DNA of 64,000 nucleotides, from NCBI GenBank assembly GCA_964016885.1, contig OZ024744.1, positions 4,402,001-4,466,000 of the forward strand. Reading direction: 5' to 3'. Below are positions 49,460 through 62,255 of this stretch, piece after piece. The translations under genes were made by a program, and so were the position numbers. Numbering within the stretch: position 1 is the stretch's first letter; every line of letters begins with the position of its first letter. The notes beneath the pieces are model-generated. The model searched no databases. It saw nothing but the letters and a program-made list of their open reading frames with translations, and was not told the origin of the DNA. The DNA is from Eledone cirrhosa (taxonomy: Eukaryota).

Positions 49460-52400
49460 GAACGAAATTTTGAGGGAAGACAAGGTAGAGAAAGTTAGCT
49501 TGATGAAGAACGGAGTTTTGAGGGAAGACAATGTAGAGAAAGATAGCTTGATGAAGAACGGAGTTTTGAGGGAAGACAAGGTAGAGAAAGATAGCTTGGT
49601 GAAGAACGAAGTTTTGAGGGAAGACAAGGTAGAGAAAGATAGCTTGGTGAAGAACGATGTTTTGAGGGAAGACAAGGTAGAGAAAGATAGCTTGGTGAAG
49701 AACGAAGTTTTGAGGGAAGACAAGGTAGAGAAGGATAGCTTGTGAAGAACGAAGTTTTGGGTGAAGACAAGGTAGAGAAAGATAGCTTGGTGAAGAACGA
49801 TGTTTTGGGGGAAGACAAGGTAGAGAAAGATAGCTTGGTGAAGAACGAAGTTTTGAGGGAAGACAAGGTAGAGAAGGATAGCTTGTGAAGAACGAAGTTT
49901 TGGGGGAAGACAAGGTACAGAAAGATAGCTTGGTGCAGAACGATGTTTTGGGGGAAGACAAGGTAGAGAAAGATAGCTTGGTGAAGAACGAAGTTTTGAG
50001 GGAAGACAAGGTAGAGAAAGATAGCTTGGTGAAGAACGAAGTTTTGAGGGAAGACAAGGTAGAGAAGGATAGCTTGTGAAGAACGAAGTTTTGGGGGAAG
50101 ACAAGGTAGAGAAAGATAGCTTGGTGAAGAACGAACGACGTTTTGAGGGAAGACAAGGTAGAGAAGGATAGCTAGGTGAAGAACGACGTTTTGAGGGTAG
50201 ACAAAGTAGAGAACGATAGCTTGATGAAGAACGGAGTTTTGAGGGAAGACAAGGTAGAGAAAGATAGCTTGGTGAAGAACGGAGTTTTGAGGGAAGACAA
50301 GGTAGAGAAAGATAGCTTAGTGAGGAACGAAGTTTTGGGGGAAGACAAGGTAGAGAAATATAGCTTGATGAAGAACGAAGTGTTGAGGGAAGATAAGGTA
50401 GAGAAAGATAGCTTGGTGAAGAACGACGTTTTGAGGGAATACAAGGTAGAGAAAGATAGCTTGGTGAAGAACGATGTTTTGGGGGAAGACAAGGTAGAGA
50501 AAGATAGCTTGGTGAAGAACGAAGTTTTGAGGGAAGACAAGGTAGAGAAAGATAGCTTGGTGAATAACGAAGTTTTGAGGGAAGACAAGGTAGAGAAGGA
50601 TAGCTTGGTGAATAACGAAGTTTTGAGGGGAGACAAGGTAAAGAAAGATAGCTTGGTGAAGAACGATGTTTTGGGGGAAGACAAGGTAGAGAAAGATAGC
50701 TTGGTGTAGAACGAAGTTTTGAGGGAAGACAAGGTAGAGAAAGATAGCTTGGTGAAGAACGAAGTTTTGAGGGAAGACAAGGTAGAGAAAGATAGCTTGG
50801 TGAAGAACAAAGTTTTGAGGGAAGACAATGTAGAGAAGGATAGCTTGTGAAGAACGAAGTTTTGGGGGAAGACAAGGTAGAGAAAGATAGCTTGGTGAAG
50901 AACGAACGACGTTTTGAGGGAAGACAAGGTAGAGAAGGATAGCTAGGTGAAGAACGACGTTTTGAGGGAAGACAAAGTAGAGAACGATAGCTTGATGAAG
51001 AACGGAGTTTTGAGGGAAGACAAGGTAGAGAAAGATAGCTTGGTGAAGAACGAAGTTTTGAGGGAAGACAAGGTAGAGAAAGATAGTTTGGTGAAGAACG
51101 AAGTTTTGGGGGGTAAAAAGGTAGAGAAAGATAGCTTGGTGAAGAACGAGGTTTTGAGGGAAGACAAGGTAGAGAAAGATAGCTTGGTGAAGAACGAAGT
51201 TTTGAGGGAAGACAAGGTAGAGAAAGATAGCTTGATGAAGAACGAAGTTTTGAGGGAAGACAAGGTAGAGAAAGTTAGCTTGGTGAAGAACGAAGTTTTG
51301 AGGGAAGACAAGGTAGAGTAAGATAGCTTGGTGAAGAACGAAGTTTTGAGGGAAGACAAGGTAGAGAAGGATAGCTTGGTGAAGAATGAAGTTTTGAGGG
51401 AAGACAAGGTAGAGAAAGATAGCTTGATCAAGAACGAAGTTTTGAGGGAAGACAAGGTAGAGAAAGATAGCTTGATCAAGAACGAAGTTTTGAGGGAAGA
51501 CAAGGTAGAGAAAGATAGCTTGATCAAGAACGAAGTTTTGGGGGAAGACAAGGTAGAGAAAGATAGCTTGGTGAAGAACGAAGTTTTGAGGGAAGACAAG
51601 GTAGAGAAAGATAGCTTGATGAAGAACGAAGTTTTGAGGGAAGACAAGGTAGAGAAAGATAGCTTGATCAAGAACGAAGTTTTGAGGGAAGACAAGGTAG
51701 AGAAGGATAGCTTGTGAAGAACGAAGTTTTGGGGGAAGACAAGGTAGAGAAAGTTAGCTTGATGAAGAACGTAGTTTTGAGGGAAGACAAGGTAGAGAAA
51801 GATAGCTTGGTGAAGAACGAAGTTTTGAGGGAAGACAAGGTAGAGAAAGATAGTTTGGTGAAAAACGAAGTTTTGGGGGAAAAACAGGTAGAGAAATATA
51901 GCTTGGTGAAGAACGAAGTTTTGAGGGAAGACAAGGTAGAGAAAGATAGCTTGATGAAGAACGAAGTTTTGAGGGAAGACAAGGTAGAGAAAGTTAGCTT
52001 GGTGAAGAACGAAGTTTTGAGGGAAGACAAGGTAGAGAAAGATAGCTTGGTGAAGAACGAAGTTTTGAGGGAAGACAAGGTAGAGAAAGATAGCTTGGTG
52101 AAGAACGAAGTTTTGAGGGAAGACAAGGTAGAGAAAGATAGCTTGATGAAGAACGAAGTTTTGAGGGAAGACAAGGTAGAGAAAGTTAGCTTGGTGAAGA
52201 ACGAAATTTTGAGGGAAGACAAGGTAGAGAAAGATAGCTTGGTGAAGAACGAAGTTTTGAGGGAAGACAAGGTAGAGAAAGATAGCTTGGTGAAGAACGA
52301 AATTTTGAGGGAAGACAAGGTAGAGAAAGATAGCTTGGTGAAGAACGAAGTTTTGAGGGACGACAAGGTAGAGAAAGATAGCTTGTGAAGAACGTAGTTT

Positions 52401-55400
52401 TGGGGGAAGACAAGGTAGAGAAAGATAGCTTGGTGAAGAACGAACGAATGGTTGAGGGAAGACAAGGTAGAGAAAGATAGCTTGGTGAAGAACGACGTTT
52501 TGAGGGAAGACAAAGTAGAGAACGATAGCTTGATGAAGAACGAAGTTTTGAGGGAAGACAAGGTAGAGAAAGATAGCTTGGTGAATAACGAAGTTTTGAG
52601 GGAAGACAAGGTAAAGAAAGATAGCTTGGTGAAGAACGATGTTTTGGGGGAAGACAAGGTAGAGAAAGATAGCTTGGTGAAGAACGAAGTTTTGAGGGAA
52701 GACAAGGTAGAGAAAGATAGCTTGGTGAAGAACGAAGTTTTGAGGGAAGACAAGGTAGAGAAAGATAGCTTGGTGAAGAACAAAGTTTTGAGGGAAGACA
52801 AGGTAGAGAAAGATAGCTTGATCAAGAACGAAGTTTTGAGGGAAGACAAGGTAGAGAAGGATAGCTTGTGAAGAACGAAGTTTTGGGGGAAGACAAGGCA
52901 GAGAAAGATAGCTTGGTGAAGAACGAACGACGTTTTGAGGGAAGACAAGGTAGAGAAGGATAGCTAGGTGAAGAACGACGTTTTGAGGGAAGACAAAGTA
53001 GAGAACGATAGCTTGATGAAGAACGGAGTTTAGAGGGAAGACAAGGTAGAGAAAGATAGCTTGGTGAAGAACGAAGTTTTGAGGGAAGACAAGGTAGAGA
53101 AAGATAGTTTGGTGAAGAACGAAGTTTTGGGGGGTAAAAAGGTAGAGAAAGATAGCTTGGTGAAGAACGAAGTTTTGAGGGGAGACAAGGTAGAGAAAGA
53201 TAGCTTGGTGAAGAACGAAGTTTTGAGGGAAGACAAGGTAGAGAAAGATAGCTTGATGAAGAACGAAGTTTTGAGGGAAGACAAGGTAGAGAAAGTTAGC
53301 TTGGTGAAGAACGAAGTTTTGAGGGAAGACAAGGTAGAGTAAGATAGCTTGGTGAAGAACGAAGTTTTGAGGGAAGACAAGGTAGAGAAAGATAGCTTGG
53401 TGAAGAACGAAGTTTTGAGGGAAGACAAGGTAGAGAAAGATAGCTTGATGAAGAACGAAGTTTTGAGGGAAGACAAGGTAGAGAAAGATAGCTTGATCAA
53501 GAACGAAGTTTTGAGGAAAGACAAGGTAGAGAAAGATAGCTTGATGAAGAACGAAGTTTTGAGGGAAGACAAGGTAGAGAAAGATAGCTTGATCAAGAAC
53601 GAAGTTTTGAGGGAAGACAAGGTAGAGAAAGATAGCTTGATCAAGAACGAAGTTTTGAGGGAAGACAAGGTAGAGAAAGATAGCTTGATCAAGAACGAAG
53701 TTTTGGGGGAAGACAAGGTAGAGAAAGATAGCTTGGTGAAGAACGAAGTTTTGAGGGAAGACAAGGTAGAGAAAGATAGCTTGATGAAGAACGAAGTTTT
53801 GAGGGAAGACAAGGTAGAGAAAGATAGCTTGATCAAGAACGAAGTTTTGAGGGAAGACAAGGTAGAGAAGGATAGCTTGTGAAGAACGAAGTTTTGGGGG
53901 AAGACAAGGTAGAGAAAGTTAGCTTGATGAAGAACGTAGTTTTGAGGGAAGACAAGGTAGAGAAAGATAGCTTGGTGAAGAACGAAGTTTTGAGGGAAGA
54001 CAAGGTAGAGAAAGATAGTTTGGTGAAAAACGAAGTTTTGGGGGAAAAACAGGTAGAGAAATATAGCTTGGTGAAGAACGAAGTTTTGAGGGAAGACAAG
54101 GTAGAGAAAGATAGCTTGATGAAGAACGAAGTTTTGAGGGAAGACAAGGTAGAGAAAGTTAGCTTGGTGAAGAACGAAGTTTTGAGGGAAGACAAGGTAG
54201 AGAAAGATAGCTTGGTGAAGAAAGAAGTTTTGAGGGAAGACAAGGTAGAGAAAGATAGCTTGGTGAAGAACGAAGTTTTGAGGGAAGACAAGGTAGAGAA
54301 AGATAGCTTGATGAAGAACGAAGTTTTGAGGGAAGACAAGGTAGAGAAAGTTAGCTTGGTGAAGAACGAAGTTTTGAGGGAAGACAAGGTAGAGAAAGAT
54401 AGCTTGGTGAAGAACGAAGTTTTGAGGGAAGACAAGGTAGAGAAAGATAGCTTGGTGAAGAACGAAATTTTGAGGGAAGACAAGGTAGAGAAAGATAGCT
54501 TGGTGAAGAACGAAGTTTTGAGGGAAGACAAGGTAGAGAAAGATAGCTTGTGAAGAACGTAGTTTTGGGGGAAGACAAGGTAGAGAAAGATAGCTTGGTG
54601 AAGAACGAACGAATGGTTGAGGGAAGACAAGGTAGAGAAAGATAGCTTGGTGAAGAACGACGTTTTGAGGGAAGACAAAGTAGAGAACGATAGCTTGATG
54701 AAGAACGAAGTTTTGAGGGAAGACAAGGTAGAGAAAGATAGCTTGGTGAATAACGAAGTTTTGAGGGAAGACAAGGTAAAGAAAGATAGCTTGGTGAAGA
54801 ACGATGTTTTGGGGGAAGACAAGGTAGAGAAAGATAGCTTGGTGAAGAACGAAGTTTTGAGGGAAGACAAGGTAGAGAAAGATAGCTTGGTGAAGAACGA
54901 AGTTTTGAGGGAAGACAAGGTAGAGAAAGATAGCTTGGTGAAGAACAAAGTTTTGAGGGAAGACAAGGTAGAGAAAGATAGCTTGGTGAAGAACGAACGA
55001 CGTTTTGAGGGAAGACAAGGTAGAGAAGGATAGCTAGGTGAAGAACGACGTTTTGAGGGAAGACAAAGTAGAGAACGATAGCTTGATGAAGAACGGAGTT
55101 TAGAGGGAAGACAAGGTAGAGAAAGATAGCTTGGTGAAGAACGAAGTTTTGAGGGAAGACAAGGTAGAGAAAGATAGTTTGGTGAAGAACGAAGTTTTGG
55201 GGGGTAAAAAGGTAGAGAAAGATAGCTTGGTGAAGAACGAAGTTTTGAGGGAAGACAAGGTAGAGAAAGATAGCTTGGTGAAGAACGAAGTTTTGAGGGA
55301 AGACAAGGTAGAGAAAGATAGCTTGATGAAGAACGAAGTTTTGAGGGAAGACAAGGTAGAGAAAGTTAGCTTGGTGAAGAACGAAGTTTTGAGGGAAGAC

Positions 55401-58400
55401 AAGGTAGAGTAAGATAGCTTGGTGAAGAACGAAGTTTTGAGGGAAGACAAGGTAGAGAAAGATAGCTTGGTGAAGAACGAAGTTTTGAGGGAAGACAAGG
55501 TAGAGAAAGATAGCTTGATGAAGAACGAAGTTTTGAGGGAAGACAAGGTAGAGAAAGATAGCTTGATCAAGAACGAAGTTTTGAGGGAAGACAAGGTAGA
55601 GAAGGATAGCTTGTGAAGAACGAAGTTTTGGGGGAAGACAAGGTAGAGAAAGTTAGCTTGATGAAGAACGGAGTTTTGAGGGAAGACAAGGTAGAGAAAG
55701 ATAGCTTGGTGAAGAACGAAGTTTTGAGGGAAGACAAGGTAGAGAAAGATAGTTTGGTGAAAAACGAAGTTTTGGGGGAAAAACAGGTAGAGAAATATAG
55801 CTTGGTGAAGAACGAAGTTTTGAGGGAAGACAAGGTAGAGAAAGATAGCTTGATGAAGAACGAAGTTTTGAGGGAAGACAAGGTAGAGAAAGTTAGCTTG
55901 GTGAAGAACGAAGTTTTGAGGGAAGACAAGGTAGAGAAAGATAGCTTGGTGAAGAACGAAGTTTTGAGGGAAGACAAGGTAGAGAAAGATAGCTTGGTGA
56001 AGAACGAAGTTTTGAGGGAAGACAAGGTAGAGAAAGATAGCTTGATGAAGAACGAAGTTTTGAGGGAAGACAAGGTAGAGAAAGTTAGCTTGGTGAAGAA
56101 CGAAGTTTTGAGGGAAGACAAGGTAGAGAAAGATAGCTTGGTGAAGAACGAAGTTTTGAGGGAAGACAAGGTAGAGAAAGATAGCTTGGTGAAGAACGAA
56201 ATTTTGAGGGAAGACAAGGTAGAGAAAGTTAGCTTGATGAAGAACGGAGTTTTGAGGGAAGACAATGTAGAGAAAGATAGCTTGATGAAGAACGGAGTTT
56301 TGAGGGAAGACAAGGTAGAGAAAGATAGCTTGGTGAATAACGAAGTTTTCAGGGAAGACAAGGTAGAGAAAGATAGCTTGGTGAAGAACGATGTTTTGAG
56401 GGAAGACAAGGTAGAGAAAGATAGCTTGGTGAAGAACGAAGTTTTGAGGGAAGACAAGGTAGAGAAGGATAGCTTGTGAAGAACGAAGTTTTGGGTGAAG
56501 ACAAGGTAGAGAAAGATAGCTTGGTGAAGAACGATGTTTTGGGGGAAGACAAGGTAGAGAAAGATAGCTTGGTGAAGAACGAAGTTTTGAGGGAAGACAA
56601 GGTAGAGAAGGATAGCTTGTGAAGAACGAAGTTTCGGGGGAAGACAAGGTACAGAAAGATAGCTTGGTGAAGAACGATGTTTTGGGGGAAGACAAGGTAG
56701 AGAAAGATAGCTTGGTGAAGAACGAAGTTTTGAGGGAAGACAAGGTAGAGAAAGATAGCTTGGTGAAGAACGAAGTTTTGAGGGAAGACAAGGTAGAGAA
56801 GGATAGCTTGTGAAGAACGAAGTTTTGGGGGAAGACAAGGTAGAGAAAGATAGCTTGGTGAAGAACGAACGACGTTTTGAGGGAAGACAAGGTAGAGAAG
56901 GATAGCTAGGTGAAGAACGACGTTTTGAGGGTAGACAAAGTAGAGAACGATAGCTTGATGAAGAACGGAGTTTTGAGGGAAGACAAGGTAGAGAAAGATA
57001 GCTTGGTGAAGAACGGAGTTTTGAGGGAAGACAAGGTAGAGAAAGATAGCTTGGTGAGGAACGAAGTTTTGGGGGAAGACAAGGTAGAGAAATATAGCTT
57101 GATGAAGAACGAAGTGTTGAGGGAAGATAAGGTAGAGAAAGATAGCTTGGTGAAGAACGACGTTTTGAGGGAATACAAGGTAGAGAAAGATAGCTTGGTG
57201 AAGAACGATGTTTTGGGGGAAGACAAGGTAGAGAAAGATAGCTTGGTGAAGAACGAAGTTTTGAGGGAAGACAAGGTAGAGAAAGATAGCTTGGTGAATA
57301 ACGAAGTTTTGAGGGAAGACAAGGTAGAGAAGGATAGCTTGGTGAATAACGAAGTTTTGAGGGGAGACAAGGTAAAGAAAGATAGCTTGGTGAAGAACGA
57401 TGTTTTGGGGGAAGACAAGGTAGAGAAAGATAGCTTGGTGTAGAACGAAGTTTTGAGGGAAGACAAGGTAGAGAAAGATAGCTTGGTGAAGAACGAAGTT
57501 TTGAGGGAAGACAAGGTAGAGAAAGATAGCTTGGTGAAGAACAAAGTTTTGAGGGAAGACAATGTAGAGAAGGATAGCTTGTGAAGAACGAAGTTTTGGG
57601 GGAAGACAAGGTAGAGAAAGATAGCTTGGTGAAGAACGAACGACGTTTTGAGGGAAGACAAGGTAGAGAAGGATAGCTAGGTGAAGAACGACGTTTTGAG
57701 GGAAGACAAAGTAGAGAACGATAGCTTGATGAAGAACGGAGTTTTGAGGGAAGACAAGGTAGAGAAAGATAGCTTGGTGAAGAACAAAGTTTTGAGGGAA
57801 GACAAGGTAGAGAAAGATAGTTTGGTGAAGAACGAAGTTTTGGGGGGTAAAAAGGTAGAGAAAGATAGCTTGGTGAAGAACGAAGTTTTGAGGGAAGACA
57901 AGGTAGAGAAAGATAGCTTGGTGAAGAACGAAGTTTTGAGGGAAGACAAGGTAGAGAAAGATAGCTTGATGAAGAACGAAGTTTTGAGGGAAGACAAGGT
58001 AGAGAAAGTTAGCTTGGTGAAGAACGAAGTTTTGAGGGAAGACAAGGTAGAGTAAGATAGCTTGGTGAAGAACGAAGTTTTGAGGGAAGACAAGGTAGAG
58101 AAGGATAGCTTGGTGAAGAATGAAGTTTTGAGGGAAGACAAGGTAGAGAAAGATAGCTTGATCAAGAACGAAGTTTTGAGGGAAGACAAGGTAGAGAAAG
58201 ATAGCTTGATCAAGAACGAAGTTTTGAGGGAAGACAAGGTAGAGAAAGATAGCTTGATCAAGAACGAAGTTTTGGGGGAAGACAAGGTAGAGAAAGATAG
58301 CTTGGTGAAGAACGAAGTTTTGAGGGAAGACAAGGTAGAGAAAGATAGCTTGATGAAGAACGAAGTTTTGAGGGAAGACAAGGTAGAGAAAGATAGCTTG

Positions 58401-59083
58401 ATCAAGAACGAAGTTTTGAGGGAAGACAAGGTAGAGAAGGATAGCTTGTGAAGAACGAAGTTTTGGGGGAAGACAAGGTAGAGAAAGTTAGCTTGATGAA
58501 GAACGTAGTTTTGAGGGAAGACAAGGTAGAGAAAGATAGCTTGGTGAAGAACGAAGTTTTGAGGGAAGACAAGGTAGAGAAAGATAGTTTGGTGAAAAAC
58601 GAAGTTTTGGGGGAAAAACAGGTAGAGAAATATAGCTTGGTGAAGAACGAAGTTTTGAGGGAAGACAAGGTAGAGAAAGATAGCTTGATGAAGAACGAAG
58701 TTTTGAGGGAAGACAAGGTAGAGAAAGTTAGCTTGGTGAAGAACGAAGTTTTGAGGGAAGACAAGGTAGAGAAAGATAGCTTGGTGAAGAACGAAGTTTT
58801 GAGGGAAGACAAGGTAGAGAAAGATAGCTTGGTGAAGAACGAAGTTTTGAGGGAAGACAAGGTAGAGAAAGATAGCTTGATGAAGAACGAAGTTTTGAGG
58901 GAAGACAAGGTAGAGAAAGTTAGCTTGGTGAAGAACGAAGTTTTGAGGGAAGACAAGGTAGAGAAAGATAGCTTGGTGAAGAACGAAGTTTTGAGGGAAG
59001 ACAAGGTAGAGAAAGATAGCTTGGTGAAGAACGAAATTTTGAGGGAAGACAAGGTAGAGAAAGATAGCTTGGTGAAGAACGAA
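48236..59083. repeat. ~4.1 kb block repeated at a 6734-bp offset (48236-52349 and 54970-59083)
   Basis: ORF pairs 48397/55131, 48879/55613, 49885/56619, 50176/56910, 50947/57681, 51328/58062 and 51714/58448 are offset by 6734. A few private SNPs separate the copies, for example GTGCAG at ~49935, TTAGTG at ~50318 and TTTCGGGG at ~56634. Confidence 0.9.
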
Positions 59084-62000
59084 CGAAGTGTTGAGGGAAG
59101 ACAAGGTAGAGAAATATAGCTTGGTGAAGAACGACGTTTTGAGGGAAGACAAAGTAGAGAACGATAGCTTGATGAAGAACGGAGTTTTGAGGGAAGACAA
59201 GGTAGAGAAAGATAGCTTGGTGAATAACGAAGTTTTCAGGGAAGACAAGGTAAAGAAAGATAGCTTGGTGAAGAACGATGTTTTGGGGGAAGACAAGGTA
59301 GAGAAAGATAGCTTGGTGAATAACGAAGTTTTCAGGGAAGACAAGGTAGAGAAAGATAGCTTGGTGAAGAACGATGTTTTGAGGGAAGACAAGGTAGAGA
59401 AAGATAGCTTGGTGAAGAACGAAGTTTTGAGGGAAGACAAGGTAGAGAAGGATAGCTTGTGAAGAACGAAGTTTTGGGTGAAGACAAGGTAGAGAAAGAT
59501 AGCTTGGTGAAGAACGAAGTTTTGAGGGAAGACAAGGTAGAGAAGGATAGCTTGTGAAGAACGAAGTTTTGGGGGAAGACAAGGTACAGAAAGATAGCTT
59601 GGTGAAGAACGATGTTTTGGGGGAAGACAAGGTAGAGAAAGATAGCTTGGTGAAGAACGAAGTTTTGAGGGAAGACAAGGTAGAGAAAGATAGCTTGGTG
59701 AAGAACGAAGTTTTGAGGGAAGACAAGGTAGAGAAGGATAGCTTGTGAAGAACGAAGTTTTGGGGGAAGACAAGGTAGAGAAAGATAGCTTGGTGAAGAA
59801 CGAACGACGTTTTGAGGGAAGACAAGGTAGAGAAGGATAGCTAGGTGAAGAACGACGTTTTGAGGGTAGACAAAGTAGAGAACGATAGCTTGATGAAGAA
59901 CGGAGTTTTGAGGGAAGACAAGGTAGAGAAAGATAGCTTGGTGAAGAACGGAGTTTTGAGGGAAGACAAGGTAGAGAAAGATAGCTTGGTGAGGAACGAA
60001 GTTTTGGGGGAAGACAAGGTAGAGAAATATAGCTTGATGAAGAACGAAGTGTTGAGGGAAGATAAGGTAGAGAAAGATAGCTTGGTGAAGAACGACGTTT
60101 TGAGGGAATACAAGGTAGAGAAAGATAGCTTGGTGAAGAACGATGTTTTGGGGGAAGACAAGGTAGAGAAAGATAGCTTGGTGAAGAACGAAGTTTTGAG
60201 GGAAGACAAGGTAGAGAAAGATAGCTTGGTGAATAACGAAGTTTTGAGGGAAGACAAGGTAGAGAAGGATAGCTTGGTGAATAACGAAGTTTTGAGGGGA
60301 GACAAGGTAAAGAAAGATAGCTTGGTGAAGAACGATGTTTTGGGGGAAGACAAGGTAGAGAAAGATAGCTTGGTGTAGAACGAAGTTTTGAGGGAAGACA
60401 AGGTAGAGAAAGATAGCTTGGTGAAGAACGAAGTTTTGAGGGAAGACAAGGTAGAGAAAGATAGCTTGGTGAAGAACAAAGTTTTGAGGGAAGACAATGT
60501 AGAGAAGGATAGCTTGTGAAGAACGAAGTTTTGGGGGAAGACAAGGTAGAGAAAGATAGCTTGGTGAAGAACGAACGACGTTTTGAGGGAAGACAAGGTA
60601 GAGAAGGATAGCTAGGTGAAGAACGACGTTTTGAGGGAAGACAAAGTAGAGAACGATAGCTTGATGAAGAACGGAGTTTTGAGGGAAGACAAGGTAGAGA
60701 AAGATAGCTTGGTGAAGAACGAAGTTTTGAGGGAAGACAAGGTAGAGAAAGATAGTTTGGTGAAGAACGAAGTTTTGGGGGGTAAAAAGGTAGAGAAAGA
60801 TAGCTTGGTGAAGAACGAAGTTTTGAGGGAAGACAAGGTAGAGAAAGATAGCTTGGTGAAGAACGAAGTTTTGAGGGAAGACAAGGTAGAGAAAGATAGC
60901 TTGATGAAGAACGAAGTTTTGAGGGAAGACAAGGTAGAGAAAGTTAGCTTGGTGAAGAACGAAGTTTTGAGGGAAGACAAGGTAGAGTAAGATAGCTTGG
61001 TGAAGAACGAAGTTTTGAGGGAAGACAAGGTAGAGAAGGATAGCTTGGTGAAGAATGAAGTTTTGAGGGAAGACAAGGTAGAGAAAGATAGCTTGATCAA
61101 GAACGAAGTTTTGAGGGAAGACAAGGTAGAGAAAGATAGCTTGATCAAGAACGAAGTTTTGAGGGAAGACAAGGTAGAGAAAGATAGCTTGATCAAGAAC
61201 GAAGTTTTGGGGGAAGACAAGGTAGAGAAAGATAGCTTGGTGAAGAACGAAGTTTTGAGGGAAGACAAGGTAGAGAAAGATAGCTTGATGAAGAACGAAG
61301 TTTTGAGGGAAGACAAGGTAGAGAAAGATAGCTTGATCAAGAACGAAGTTTTGAGGGAAGACAAGGTAGAGAAGGATAGCTTGTGAAGAACGAAGTTTTG
61401 GGGGAAGACAAGGTAGAGAAAGTTAGCTTGATGAAGAACGTAGTTTTGAGGGAAGACAAGGTAGAGAAAGATAGCTTGGTGAAGAACGAAGTTTTGAGGG
61501 AAGACAAGGTAGAGAAAGATAGTTTGGTGAAAAACGAAGTTTTGGGGGAAAAACAGGTAGAGAAATATAGCTTGGTGAAGAACGAAGTTTTGAGGGAAGA
61601 CAAGGTAGAGAAAGATAGCTTGATGAAGAACGAAGTTTTGAGGGAAGACAAGGTAGAGAAAGTTAGCTTGGTGAAGAACGAAGTTTTGAGGGAAGACAAG
61701 GTAGAGAAAGATAGCTTGGTGAAGAACGAAGTTTTGAGGGAAGACAAGGTAGAGAAAGATAGCTTGGTGAAGAACGAAGTTTTGAGGGAAGACAAGGTAG
61801 AGAAAGATAGCTTGATGAAGAACGAAGTTTTGAGGGAAGACAAGGTAGAGAAAGTTAGCTTGGTGAAGAACGAAGTTTTGAGGGAAGACAAGGTAGAGAA
61901 AGATAGCTTGGTGAAGAACGAAGTTTTGAGGGAAGACAAGGTAGAGAAAGATAGCTTGGTGAAGAACGAAATTTTGAGGGAAGACAAGGTAGAGAAAGAT

Positions 62001-62255
62001 AGCTTGGTGAAGAACGAACGAAGTGTTGAGGGAAGACAAGGTAGAGAAATATAGCTTGGTGAAGAACGACGTTTTGAGGGAAGACAAAGTAGAGAACGAT
62101 AGCTTGATGAAGAACGGAGTTTTGAGGGAAGACAAGGTAGAGAAAGATAGCTTGGTGAATAACGAAGTTTTCAGGGAAGACAAGGTAAAGAAAGATAGCT
62201 TGGTGAAGAACGATGTTTTGGGGGAAGACAAGGTAGAGAAAGATAGCTTGGTGAA
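56560..62255. repeat. 2935-bp tandem duplication
   Basis: ORF pairs 56619/59554, 56910/59845, 57681/60616, 58062/60997, 58448/61383 and 59088/62023 are offset by 2935. Confidence 0.9.
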